A stretch of 52,896 nucleotides of DNA from Folioceros fuciformis (lineage: Eukaryota), in assembly GCA_049999805.1 (NCBI GenBank), contig JBNGIO010005683.1:41285-94180 (forward strand). The letters run 5' to 3'. Made by a program: the position numbers and the translations under genes. This document shows, piece by piece, positions 10,774-23,515 of the stretch; positions within the stretch are counted from its first letter, which is position 1; every line of letters starts with the position of its first letter. The notes under the pieces are model-generated. The model was not told the DNA's origin. It ran no database searches and was given only the letters and a program-made list of their open reading frames with translations.

Positions 10774-13700
10774 CAACATCGAGAAGGAGATGACTTTTAC
10801 ACTGGGCTGCCAAGGACGTGTCACTGCCTTACACTGTCGACAGTGGAGGCTGCTTTCCCACGGTGGTGCATTCCTGAATAACTACCTGAACATCCAACCA
10901 AGCACGTCTGTATAGGTTGCTAACCAGCAGTACGTCCCTCGACATTCACTGCCCCGAAGGCAACCGACCGAAGTCCTTTCTCTGGCGGAATGAGCACCAC
11001 CCAGGCCAGCCTCCCAACAACAACACGACGTCAGCTAATAGAACCCCTACATAAGGGGTGTAGGAATTCCGTTTTCATTTAGCAGCTCCATCAGGGCCCT
11101 TAGGGTTGCCCAGTCTTGGAGAACGCAGTGCCTTGTATTCCATCTTCAAGAGTTAGTCCATAACTTCATTTGGGAGGGCCAGGACGAACCGTGACAGTCG
11201 GTGGTTGGACTCCGTCAAGCAGCCAGGCAGGTGGAACTTATAATCCTTTTGTCACGTAATACAGACGTCGTAAATGACCAGTGGCGGATCCACAACGACT
11301 CCTAATGAGAACTGACAACTTCGTTGTGTTTTCTTTTGCAGCTCATGACCAGTGCTCAAATAATTCCATAACTACGGAATTCGCATATTCTCGCAAGGTG
11401 ATAGGTAATTTGTCGACTTTTCTCCAACCGCGTGGCTTCTTGTTCAGCAAATAATGGCCGACGAAGGGATGCAACGAGTAGTACACCTGCAAATCACCAA
11501 ACGCCCCGACAGTAGGGTTACTTCCAATCGCACATATGTATAGCACAGGAACACTAACACGACATTCAAGTATACTTGACCCAAAGCAGTAGAGGTGTGC
11601 ATGCTTTACTTACTCTGGTTCCTTCTGCATCTTTATCTCCCGTGACAGAGTTGAAATCGTCGATAGTGTCCAGGGCAATCTGGGTCAACTCAGCACTGGG
11701 ATGTACTAATTTCCATGCGTCGTCTATCACATCTTTAGGAATAGCCTGCCCTGCTTTGAATAGCCTAAGAACTTCAGCAATTGACAGGCACCTGCATTGA
11801 GTGCCTTAACAGAGAAATCCAATTCCAATTCCAGTGCAGGGGTTCGTTCTTTCAGGATGCCAAGGCTATTATAGTTTGACCTCTGACCAATTTCGGCCAC
11901 AATCTTTTCAGTCAAGCGTTGTCCAATTCTGTAGACAAGAGCCAGGAAACCACCACAGTCCCTCAAAATCCTGTCCAGCAAGACATTAGCAGCCACAAGG
12001 ACAAGGTCAAGTATTCATACAATCCTTTCCACCAGCGGTTAATATTGGTATTCTACGAAGAAACGACTCAAAAAGGAGCGGTGTGTAGAAAACATCTCGA
12101 CCTTGTTACCTGGACTTCCTTNNNNNNNNNNNNNNNNNNNNNNNNNNNNNNNNNNNNNNNNNNNNNNNNNNNNNNNNNNNNNNNNNNNNNNNNNNNNNNN
12201 NNNNNNNNNNNNNNNNNNNNNCTGCGTCAGTCAAAGCCTGCCTTGCGTCTGTTTCGTTGCCCACATGCATGCTTTCAGTTAATCGCCTCAGCTGCTCATT
12301 TACCTCCCTCTCTAAAAAAGACCCTTCACTCACGTTCCTGTCAAACTTCAGAATGTGAGCTCCACCGGGAAACCTGGGATCTGTGGAAACAAGTTGCAAA
12401 ACCTCCAAAAATCAAGAGTGGACAGAACCAAAGCATTCAGCCACAAAGCACGGATCTGACATTGCAGGCTGTACCTAGGTGAAAAAGTTGAGAAGTTAAG
12501 AGCCATCTCCATCTTACCTATCCCAAACACACTGACAGAATCACAACATCCTTGTCTCCTGTACGTAGGTACTCTACCACATCGTTAGAGATGGATTCAT
12601 GACGTCTGTAATGAAGCTTGTTGACGAACTCCTTGTCATCACATCGATCCAGCCGCGAGTCCCAATTTCACGGAACTCTTTCAAGCTGTGCACGTCATCA
12701 CATCCTCCCCGCAAAGAGAGAAGCAAGCTCTGCAGGGATGCCGCAGATCCTAAAATTCGAAAATTTGGCTAGACGCTTTGTGCTCTAGAGGACTGATTTT
12801 CATGTACAGAGCTCGGAATCCAGCTGTCACGCGGAGGCGTTGCGATGCCGATACTCTAGGTGGAACCAAGTGCCTGCCCAATCTATCCACGAGTTCGAGC
12901 GTCTGCTTCGCCTCTGTAGCCATTTTGCTTACGTGGTGTGCCCAACGTTCCAGCTCCCTCCTCACGAGGGAAGCTGGTTCGACATCTCCGTCTTCATTCA
13001 TCATAATCATGTTAGGGATTAGGCAAACCTTACAGGCAGGAAGTTCATGATTCATCCTTCAGAACCGAGTACCGAACCCACAAGACCTAGCACATCCCCT
13101 CAGCGGAAAAAACCAAAGCAAAGCGGCGCACGTTGTGGCTCTTAGTAGCACTCCAGTAGGTAGAAATTCTACTGAAGCGCTCTACCCAAAGTCCTGTACT
13201 TCTTGGCTCCAACTGAACCCGTGCCCTCTGAAAACAAGACTGTGTAAGTCCTCAGACACTCCAGACATCACACACAAACAGCTTCTCCAGCTCCCGCCCA
13301 AGCGACCTTCAGAGAACGGAAGGACCCGTGAGTTACAAGGCTTCGGCCGCACTGCAACCAGATACATTTTCCGACTCGCGCCGTAGGCAGGCAAAACATC
13401 GCCACTTCGCGGTACATAATAGCACTTCCCTGCTACGACACACTTCGCTGACTTGCTGCGTAAAGACGAGACAAACCTTCGCCCACCACGTGCGGTACGC
13501 GCAGTACGAACGAGCGAGTGTGAATTAAGAAACCTACATAAAATCGGGCCAAGCGGAACAAGAAAACCTCTTGTCACAAGCTTTACCGATAGGCAGACGA
13601 CGGGCTCGGCGAAGGACTGGCCACAGGCTCTAACACGCAAGACGAACACTGAACAATCTGTCTACTGCTAATATGATACACTGCTTAGGTGTTTTGCAAA

Positions 13701-14871
13701 AATAAGGGTTCCTACAGACACGTAATATAATGTGGACATGCTACCTGTGAGGCACCACGCGATGCTCCGCGTACTACTATTAGTACACCATCTCCCGAAC
13801 ACTGTCGTCACCAGCGGAGTCCCAGTTTTGGTAGAGCAAGGCAGCGGCGGCGCGTGCTGCCACAGAAGAACTGTACTTTTTCCTCAGAGAAGTTAAAAGT
13901 GCCTCATGTGATTCCTACAAAATACACATAAGGAATGATAATATTCAGAAATCCTTTCCCGGATGACAGTAAGGGCTCGAAGAATTGCGCACAAGGTGTA
14001 CCTTTAGCACGCGCACCTCCTCTTCCAAGGCAGCAGCACATTCTTTCTGCACAGGATGGCAAGATTTCATTCACCCATGCTGCACAACCGAACCTATTCT
14101 CACTCACATCTGAAGAGCACGACGTAATCACATTACCTGCCTACTGATCTTCACTTCTAGCTCAAGGCTGCGCCTCTTTTCCTCAGCTAGGGATCGCATC
14201 GCAGCTTGACGTGTCTGTTCAGCCGCTAGAACCTTGCTCCTCAGCTCCTCCACTCGGGACTTCAACTCCAACTGTCAAAGACAGAAAGTTGTTGTGTAAG
14301 ATGAAAGACGCATGGCCAGCTTAAAGTTCGAAACCTCATCTTCGTCATCCGCTGTCTGGAGAAAGCGGGCAGTGGTAACACGGACCTCATCTTTCTCTTG
14401 CCACTTGCGAAGGCTTCCACGGGGTACAGAACGTCTCTTCGAGTCGTGCCCCTCTCTCATATCAGAAGCTTTACTGGACCTGTCTGCCCCACTCCGTCCA
14501 CTTAAAAGAGAGCCCTCGGGCCTTGCTGCAATCGATCGTCTTTCCTTGCTCCCAACTTGTGGATTCCACAGCTGTTGACTCGCCGATACCTCTAATCTGT
14601 CAGTCTGCATGCTAGGCAGGTCCCCAGCACCTGTGACAGCTGAGCCATTGCCCGACTCTGCAAACAGAGACTCGCCACCTGCTCCACCCCATACACTCCT
14701 GTCCACAAGGTCTGCTTGATGCCAGGAACCAGACCTAACTGCTCGAGGTCTAAGAAGGTCATCAGCTTCTGCCGTGGACTCGGGCTTTCTTAGTTCACCA
14801 TATCCTTCGTCCAAGTGCCCTTGAGCACCGAAAGATGCTCTCCCACCCGAAAAATCTGACCTTGGTGCTGG
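10773..14871. repeat. Tandem segmental duplication, copy 2 (contains N-gap 12122-12221)
   Basis: Colinear homology to 6025-10773 with many substitutions and indels. Ends at ...aaaatctgaccttggtgctgg (14871). Confidence 0.9.
11343..13215 (-). pseudogene. Pseudogenised duplicate of the NB-ARC gene
   Basis: Same exon layout as 6826-8844 but with in-frame stops in the first exon (RALQ*NFYLLECY*), an indel at the P-loop with GKT changed to GKM (~12510-12535), and a frameshift near 11765. Partly in an N-gap. Confidence 0.8.
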
Positions 14872-16100
14872 TTCCTGATAAGTGACCCTGAACCCCAAGT
14901 CCTTCTCACCTAATCTCCGCCTCATGCGCTCCCTAAAGTCTCCATGACGTTGAGCACGAATGACTCTTCTCTTCACTGACTGGCCAACGGTGATCCCAAC
15001 CATTGAGTATCCTAGATTGAAGAGGCCAACCAGAAGGATGCAACCAACGGCAAAAAGCCCCAACTTTCCAAGCAAAGTATCAGACTGGAATGAAAAAGCT
15101 CCTAGTGAAGCCACTCCTGCCACAAAAGAGTTGCAAAATGTCAGCCTGTAACGCCATGGGCCAAGAACCAAACTAAGGACATCCGTGAACAGATTCTCTG
15201 GCAGCTGGTTGACCTGAAATCTTCAGCTTGGGAGCCTCCAAGCAGTCCAGCTCCGTTGTGGCACCGTGACCTTCTGCAGACCTGTCCGTTTTCTGAGTAA
15301 ACAAGGTGAAATGATAGTTTTGAGAAGCTTTGCCATTTTGCTTGAAGGAGAGACACTTCGTCAATCCAAACCAGCTCCTTTCCTTTGAGACAGAGGAGTT
15401 CGAAGATGTCCGGGACTGGAGATTGAGATTATCGAACACAAGGAGAGCCAATTAATAAGGAGATGAAAGACACGTACTTGCCACCACCGATCGGGCAAAG
15501 CGGATGCAGCAAGGGTACAAGCGAAGGCAAAGAGGCCAAGGACGGTGCATTCGGGCGAGGCGGACGAGAGAAGCAAAGCTGCAAACAGCCCTCCCTGCAG
15601 GCACACGACACAGACCAAAGTTGATCCCACTTGGCCTGCTTCCAACCTTTTCGCATCACACGTACAGCTGGGAGCAACGAAAGCACCTGCTTGACGCGAT
15701 CATCCGCCGGATTGAAGACTGAGGCTGCAGCAAGGACGCAGCGAGCTGGTGAACTCAGCCGGAGACACCGAGGCACTGGCTGCACCTGGAGAATGTTCCG
15801 TCCTCCGCTCCAACCGAGCCGCTTGTTCCTTTCAAGCCTCCCGCCATCGCCGCAGGCGCAGATCATAACCAGCATTCTGCTACTCTCCACGCCATCCCCG
15901 TCCCCGTGGATGCTTCCACGACAGCAGCCCGAGCCCGCGCCGGAGCTCCATCCAGCCCGGGAACGCGACCAGCCGTTGCCTAGCACGATAACAGACAGAT
16001 CCTTGCATGCCGTTCCAGCAGCTGAGGGTCCCAGGCGCCCGACCTGCACCATGGAGGACGGGGTATCCAGGAAAACACAGCTTGGAGCCGCAGCGTGCAT
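13780..16100 (-). CDS. Uncharacterised, probably plastid-targeted membrane protein with C-terminal coiled coil; exons 16100-15687, 15594-15478, 15292-15282, 15145-14386, 14271-14137, 14046-14002, 13914-13780
   Basis: Phase-consistent GT-AG splicing. Ser/Arg/Gly-rich N-terminus, ~4 hydrophobic helices (GGLFAALLL..., LGLFAVGCILLVGLF), heptad region LELKSRVEELRSKVLAAEQTRQAAMRSLAEEKRRSLELEVKISRQKECAAALEEEVRVLK. TAA at 13780-13782. Confidence 0.7.
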
Positions 16101-17499
16101 TGGAAGCTGCGATCACCGTGACCTCAGCGGCATTCCAAAACCCTGATCGAGCACCTGCAAAAGCCACAATTGGTGCAAACGTTGCAACGGAGCAAGAAAT
16201 CAAGCCGCTCGGCTCGTCCCCGGGCAGAGGCGGAACTGGCTCGCAAACTCGCAGCACAGATGCAATCCGGTTCGAGGTGGAATCAAGGACAGGTGAAACT
16301 CAGTCCATCGGGCAAGGCCAGATCGGAAATCGATTCCGTGCAGGTGGAACGAATTACAATGAGTAGTCTAGCGGCTCAAAGAGTCATATTCTTCATCAGA
16401 AGAGAGAAGTTGCCGCGGCCGTCGCACTGCTGAGCGCTTGAGCATGGTGTCAGGGCAATTCAAATGAAGGAAGGGTGTGTGCAGATTTCACAGCGGTGGA
16501 AGAGGCGGGAATTTCCAACTTCGAGCAGCAGGTGGAAGCGACAGCCGCATAGCGCGGGAGAAGGGCGGCAAGAAGGCGGACCGGTGACACCTGGAACTTA
16601 CCCTTCCCACGTTAGACGCTCCATACTGTATTTTGGTGACTTTTCCCGACCGATCTCCGCGAGTTCAGACCAGCCCTGGCTGCCTTGGGTTGCCTCCAAG
16701 TGCCTGTCCGCGCATTGCACGGATGCAAGATTCCTTTCTTCTACTCTACTATTAAGTTAATCTCGGTACAGTATTAATTTTCGAATATGAATAAAACTCC
16801 AGTTCCGAGTTCTCGGTTTCGTCAATTTGGCACCTTGTTAGCTTGCAGGGAGCTTTTGTTTCTAATCCGTTAAAATTATGTTAACGCTCTCACGTCCATA
16901 GACCTTTCAATGCAAGGGAGCCCTTGAAAGTTTTAGGCAATTCTCTCTTCATGCCTACTGGCCCTAGCACTTCCTAGGGCCAGAAAGCATAAAGCACTTT
17001 TTGGCCCTAGCACTTTCAAATGCGATGCTAGCGATTTTGCATGGCACATTCTCTTCAAGAGCACAAGTCTGTAGCGACTAAGTTTTTGGCACCAACAGTT
17101 TTCCTTGAAAGCTCAGTCTCTTGTCTCTCATCCCTGCTACACAATTCCTTTTCTCACATTTTGAAATCTTTCGACGTTGAGGTTCCTGAGGGTGTCTTCC
17201 CCTACAAGTGTTCTTTTAGGTCTACCTGGACCCTCTTCTGACTAAGGCAAGGATTGTCATGTCTCATTTTAATCACTTCCTCTTAATGAACAAACTGTAG
17301 CTAGAAATGGAGGTCTGGAGTCAACATTGAAGACCAACTCACAAGAAAAGGTGCTACAAGTGACGAAGAAAAGTTAGAGCAACAAACGTTCAGCTACGAA
17401 AAAGGAATCAAGAATAACACTCTGCAAAAAGTGAAAGAGCAAGACTACCCCTAAGCTACACCTACACCAAGTTACAGACTATTAGTAATTAATGAACTA

Positions 17500-18100
17500 T
17501 TCTAGCTTTGAGCACTGTTGGAAATCTGCTGTACACCAGCAGCGAATGTGTGCCTCTCATGTACAGATTTAGACAAAGCTTTCGTAAGTAGATCTGCTAC
17601 ATTCTCACCTGTAGGTATATACTCTACCAATACCATCTTATTGTCAACCGCTTGTCATATGAAATGGTAAGATATTTCTATATGCGTACATCTCGCGTGA
17701 AAAACGGGATTGCAAGAACGATCAATTGTTGACTAATTGTCGCAAAATAATCGAGTTGGACCTGCTGGGAGTTTGCCTAAACCTCTGAGAAAAGTTCGAA
17801 TCCATAAGATCTCCTGAGCTACTTGTGTCATAGCACCATACTTTGCTTCAGTGTTGGAAAGGCATATGGTGGGCATGTTCTTGCTTGACCATGACACCAC
17901 AAAAGCATCCAGAAAACAGAAAACAGCAATAGGCTACAACACTTTTGCGAGTATCGGGAACTCATGCCCAATTTGCATCATACAAAATAGAAAGCCCAAG
18001 TCCATCTAGCTACCTAGCATACCTAAGACCTCTTATAGGTGTGCCCTTCAAGGAAGGGAATATTCTCTTCACAGTTGTCTAGTGTTCCATTCCTAGGTCC
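17500..18100 (-). mobile_element. Ty1/copia RNase H and end of RT, degenerate (element A, 3' piece)
   Basis: Minus strand reads PVFHARCTHIEISYHFI*...ENVADLLTKAL and CLSNTEAKYGAM, with stops. Confidence 0.85.
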
Positions 18101-19180
18101 TATGATATTTTATGCATGTAATATGAGTGCCGTTAAAACCTTGGTTCTAGCCTTTCATGTATCTTGTATTCTTTTATATAGCTCATAACTACATAACTAT
18201 TGAGTTAGGAAACATTCACACAGTTCAACTTATAAAATACTAGTGGTTGCTACAATTTCATCCTTCTTAAGAGTTTTTACATGGAACATATGTGAAAGCA
18301 TGTACACTTGCATGCCTCACACTACTTCAATCTACGCCATAATGAACAAGTATTTTATAATAATTAATTACATTAATATAGAGATCTTAGGTTCTCTTGA
18401 GAAGATTAAGAATAATATAGCTATAGAGATGAACAAGTATTTTATTATAATAAATTACATTAATGTAGTAGACTTAGATCTTCTCTAGAAGACTTTTAAT
18501 AAAGTTAGTTGCTAGAGGGAAAATTTCACGTCCAGCAATCGAGCTCAACGCTCCTGCAAGTTGCAATTAAAAGGATGTAAGTACACAAAGATAAAGTCCA
18601 TATGAGGCAAGGCAATATAAGTTAACTAGTTTCAATAGCTAAACAAACAAAAGGGAACAAACCCTAAACGCTAAACCCTAAACCGTTGAGCTAGGCCTTT
18701 ATGCTTACTGCTACATGAGCCTTACCTTACTGCAATCACGTCTTCACATCTAGTTGGCTTTACATTATATTATATTTGTGTAATTATCTTAATTAATATT
18801 TTATTAAGTATCACTCATTCTTCTTATTATTATAACTTAATATTAACTAATTATTTTTTGCATTCAAGTAAGAGACAACACATGATCATGCTTTACACAC
18901 ATTTTCATTAAGACAGATGCATCTTAGGTTTAGTGTGGACCCATTTACTTCAAGGTAAAATACATCTAGGTTTATCGTAGACCCATTTTATGCAAACTCA
19001 TGATTTTTCAAGAACATGGATGGTTAAACCATATTATGGTCTAATGGTTGATGTAGTTTTGCTTAAACAATAAAGGATAGGGTGGATAGGATATTCATCC
19101 TATCTATATTATGATATTGTAAACCCTAAATATTCATCCTATCTATTTTATGATATTTTATGCATGTAATATGGGTGCCT
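18101..19180. other. AT-rich segment bounded by ~31-bp direct repeats, in place of the copia RT core
   Basis: tatgatattttatgcatgtaatatg(a/g)gtgcc at 18101 and 19149. Internal duplications at 18341/18429 and 19093/19131. Short AAACCCT-type motifs at ~18659-18685. Confidence 0.6.
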
Positions 19181-19950
19181 CTTAATAGGTAGTAGGTTCA
19201 CTAAGAGAAGCATCTACATTGAGAGCAAAGTTTGAGGAAGAGGGTTCTGTAGGGACCATACAGATAACATAGACTGGCCTCCATGCATCTATTGGATGAC
19301 GAGCTTTTGTTGAGCGACATAAAGGAGGGTCGATGGGTTCATCTTCTGCAACGGCAAGACTAACAACAATGGGTAAGAGCATATGTTCAACAACTTCATG
19401 ATTAGCAAATGCAAGAACTTTCATGGGATGAGTAGCTTCTAGAACAACTGAATCTTTAGATGGGTGGTTGTGCAAACTATGCTGGTGCTGGCTCGGGCTG
19501 CTAGATGGAGCCCCTCCTTGAACGTAAAGGCTTCTTATCGTTGTCGTAGGTGGTCACGAAAAGAGAATCAAGGGGCTCATCAATTTGAACACCATAAATC
19601 GAGGAAGAAACCTCACTAGCTGTGTGCACGAGTTGTAGGTGATGTTGGAAAAGGGCATTCTTGGTAAAAACTACACTTCGTGAAATAGTCAATGAGCGAG
19701 AATCAGGATTTAAAAGCTTATAGCCCTTTACATAATCGGAATAGCGAACAAAGATACGTCGATGTGCCTTGGGATCTAGCTTGGTACACAACTTAGAGGG
19801 AATAAAAGCATATGTAGGTGAGCCAAACACACGCATGTGAGAAATACGAGGTTTCTTGCTTGTCCATCTTTCATATGGTGTGATTGATCCCAACTCCTTC
19901 GAAGGCAGCTAATTCTGGATGTAGTTAGTAGCCATGAGAGCCTTCACCCA
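19180..19950 (-). mobile_element. Ty1/copia integrase C-terminus/SH3 and linker (element A, middle piece)
   Basis: TPYERWTSKKPRISHMRVFGSPTY...KLDPKA...GYKLLNP...SRSVVF, then EPTTY*EA at the RT start. Confidence 0.9.
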
Positions 19951-22585
19951 TGTGGAGTCCACATGACGAATGGATCCCCTAGAAAAATGATAGTATTTTT
20001 TTTGAGTTTTTTATTGAATTCCTTGGGAAAATAGTTAGGAAATTGGGCTAGGTAGGTCGATCAGGAGCTAGGTAGTGGTTGTGTTCGAAAGGTGAACAGC
20101 CGATCCGCTAACGTATGGAAAGAGCGAACCTATGGAAAGAGCCAAGTAGCGGGCGGGGTTTTTTTTGGGGTCAGGGATATTGAGGAGCCTGGAACCCTAG
20201 GGCAGGGCGACGTGAGAAGGTGAGGGATGTTTTGGGGAATTCTGGGCCTTGGGAGGCAAGCTGTTGAATGCCTCGTGTTCATCAGCCTCTTGGCAAAGAA
20301 GTAGGCGGAGCATAGGAGTCCTCCTTGTATCTTGAAATGAGATTGAACGGGGGCAAGCAGTCCGGCAAGCAGGCGGTTGCGCAGGCCAGGGACCCGACAG
20401 GCAGTGGGGCTGGCGGCCGGCTGCAACTAGAGGTAGGGTTCAAGCTAGATGCCTGGGACTCAGCAAGGAGCAAGGGACAGGCACGCGGCCTGGCCGAAGG
20501 CGAGTGGGGGATCTTGGTCAGCGGCTTAGCCAACTAGCTGCAAGAGGATCCAAGCGGCTGAGTGGATCTGGCCAGACAGGCCAGGAGTAGCTCATGGCGG
20601 GACCATGGGAGCCAAGTCGGGGCGGATCGGTGGCTAGACAACCAGCAGACAGGTGCACAGCCGGTCCTCAAGCGACCTGGCCGGATTAGCAGATCGGCGG
20701 GATTCGGGGTGGTGGGCAGGATCTGGTCGGATCTGGGGCCGACATTGCCCGGGCTCTAGCTGGCGGATCTGGCCAGGGGCGGATCCGGGAGGCGAGCTTG
20801 GACAGGTTGCCAAGCGAGGTGGTGTGGTTGTCCGATCCCAACCAGCTGGAGGCCAGGCAACTCGGGGCAGACCGGAGGCTGGCTGGATTGCGGGATGGAT
20901 CCAGTTAGGCGGGTCAGTCGTGGCTAATGGCCGGGCAGGCTGGCTGGGCGGTGGGTACGCTGGCTGGGCAGCGGCTGTCAGGTGGGCTGGTCGGCAGGCT
21001 GGCCAGTAAGGCGGTCGGTAGGCTGGNNNNNNNNNNAGGTGGGCTGGTCGGCAGGCTGGCCAGTAAGGCGGTCGGTAGGCTGGTTGGGCCGCGGCCAAGC
21101 AGCAGGCAGGGCGGGCCAACCCGTTGGCTCGGGTTGGCTGGATGGTTGCCTTGCCCAGGCAGCAGCCGGGTGGTGGACCCAGCAAGCAGGGCGGTGCAGG
21201 ATCCAGGTAGCCATGGCCGGCTGGCCTGGATCACATGTGATAGGCGGCTGGCTAGTGGGCTTCAAACGACCGGGGCCGGATCCGGAAGCTAGGCAGCGGC
21301 CTGGCTGCAGGATCCCAAGTAGCGGCTGGCTAGGTGGGATCCTAGCAGGCGGGCCTCAACGGATTGCCAGGCAGGCCGCTAGTCGGCGATGGGCTGGCTG
21401 GGCAGGCGGCTTGGCTGGTCAGTGGGCAAGCCGGCTGATGGTGAAGGGAAAGCCAGGAGCACGCCAGAGGCTGGCAGAATCCAGGACAAGACCGGCGGGG
21501 TCAAGCTGGAAGACGGATCCAGCCAGGCGGGTTGGCGGATCCAAGTGTTGGCAGGATCACGGCTAGCAGACCAGTCAGACGCTACTCTTGCGACTTTGGC
21601 CGAATCGTGGGCTGGATCGAGGCTGAACAGCAGCCGGGTCGCATCAAGGAAGGCGGGCTGGCCGGATTGGCAAGGGCCAGGCACCGGATTCGGCTAGCCA
21701 GGTAGGATGGTCGGGTTGGGTGGTGGGCTGGAAACTGATCAGCATGGCCAGAGCTGGCACCTTCTCAGGATTCGAGGTTGGATTGCGGCTAGATAGCTCT
21801 GGGCTCTGGACGACGGCTGGTAGGCAGGGGCTAGATCCAAGCGGCTAGTAGGTTGGCGTTTCTCAACGAGCTGAGCAAAGCAGGGGGCTATTGGGGGAAG
21901 GTTCATGAGAAACAACAATGCTTTTGTGGGACTCGGAACAGTCAACCTGGGCAGCTCCGAATGCATTCGTGAGCCATACATTACTACCCCTGCAACTGGA
22001 TGTGTGCTGGCCACTAACCACGAGTCGCCTTTTATCGATGGGCTAGTGTCGGGGTGGAGGAATCCGAGCACGGCGCTCAGCGAACAGCTGTATGCACTGG
22101 AATGCAACTTAGCATTACGACAGGTTGAGGAACTTGCGGAGTAAGTCGGTGGACAGTAAGGTCCATTTGGGGAATTCTCGCCTTTGAATGTTGCTGCATT
22201 AATGCCGCTTTGGGAGAAGTCGCACATTATTTGCAACAACATGAGCATTACCTTGGTGAACGTGGCGTGGGGATTGCTGAAGATGTGGTAGGGTGGTTCT
22301 ACTACCATGAACCGGCTGCCCCAGCCAGGGCGGGACAGCTCTAGTAGACCACGGGAGCTCCATGGCCAGCAAGATGGAGGTGGGAGGATTTGTGGGGGCC
22401 TCAAGGAAGGTACAAGATGATTTGAGGGAGGTTTGAGGGAGGTGTGGGAAGTGGTGGAGATGCATACAGGATGATGCATACAGGATGAGGGAGGTGTGGG
22501 ATTTGAGGGAGGTGTGGGAAGTGGTGGAGATGCATTCATGGTTTTGGTAGGAGGTGACATTAAGTAACCTTTCATAGGGCGAAAT

Positions 22586-22678
22586 TAAGGTTAGGTTTAG
22601 GTTGGAGTTAGGTTAAGGTCAGAGTTAGGGTTAGGTCGGAGTTAGGGTTAGGTTTAGGTCGTAGTTAGGTTTAGGTGG
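22586..22678 (+). repeat. Degenerate 6-bp telomere-like array (TTAGGG/TTAGGT variants)
   Basis: ggttaggtttaggttggagttaggttaaggtcagagttagggttaggtcggagttagggttaggtttagg... Confidence 0.7.
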
Positions 22679-23194
22679 GAGAGAAGGATTGCCGGGGGTG
22701 TGATTGATGCTAACTCTGTTAGTCAGTGATGCGGGGTTCTTGGCCAAGACAGTATAAGAGGTTAGGCCCCTCATTGAGGAGGGAGTGTAAGAGGTTAGGC
22801 CTATCAATGAGGAGGGAGTGGTCTTTTGGTGTGATTCCCTTTCTCCCTTGTGTGCAGGTTGTCGGATTAGGAAGCTGATCCGGTGAGAGTGCACCTTGGG
22901 CCTGATCCCCTGCCACTAGGCGACATGGTGGATCTTTAGGCTGCCAAGACCTGTACGGCCAGATCTGCAATGGTTGATCTTCTTTGTATGCTGGTGGGTT
23001 TTCAAAGTAAGAGTTGCAGGGTCGTGAGCCAAGGAGGCTATGTAGCCCAAGACTTCACATCTCTGCCTTAAAGGCTGCAAATGAGGAGGTTGTTGTGTTC
23101 CTAATTCCAGGAGTTGACTCGTAGATTTCAGGGTTCTGAAGTGAGGAGCTTAAGTGTTAAAAAAGTGAGGAGCTTAAGTGTTAAAGAGGGGGGG

Positions 23195-23515
23195 GGTTGG
23201 CGTTGGTGTTGAAGCTTCCTTTCAGCTGCTAAGATGGTTGGTGCTTGGAGCCGAGAGTGGTGGTTGGAGTTGGTGTTGAAGCTTTCCTTCAACTGTTGAG
23301 ATGGCTGGTGCTTTCAGCTGTGAGTGGGGCTTGGAGTTGGTGCTGAAGCTTCCTTTCAGCTGTTGAGATGGCTGGTGCTTGGAGCTGAGAGTGGAGATTG
23401 GAGTTGGTGTTGAAGCCTCCTCTAAGCAACTGAGATGGCTGTTGCTTTCAGCTAAGAGTGGGGGCTGGAGTTGGTGTTGGAGCTTTTTTCTAGCTGCTGA
23501 GGTGGCTGGTGCTAG
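23195..23515. repeat. 67-bp minisatellite, ~5 copies
   Basis: The anchor gttggtg(t/c)t recurs at 23202, 23269, 23336, 23403, 23470 (exact 67-bp period). Confidence 0.9.

Noticed and set aside
16959-17010. Helitron 3' end (TGGCCCTAG/CTAGGGCCA hairpin)
   Set aside because: The hairpin is real but partly repeated locally, and no 5' terminus or AT insertion site could be defined.
17040-17450. 3' LTR of copia element A
   Set aside because: No detectable match to the sequence beyond the PBS (26314 onward), so no LTR pair can be supported.
20981-21083. 46-bp perfect duplication
   Set aside because: It straddles the 10-N gap and is most likely an unmerged contig overlap.
20130-21700. Many 65-195-aa ORFs on both strands
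   Set aside because: Low-complexity GC-rich repeat lacking stops by composition.
22586-22678. True telomere or chromosome-fusion site
   Set aside because: Short, degenerate, single orientation and embedded in a repeat-rich insertion.
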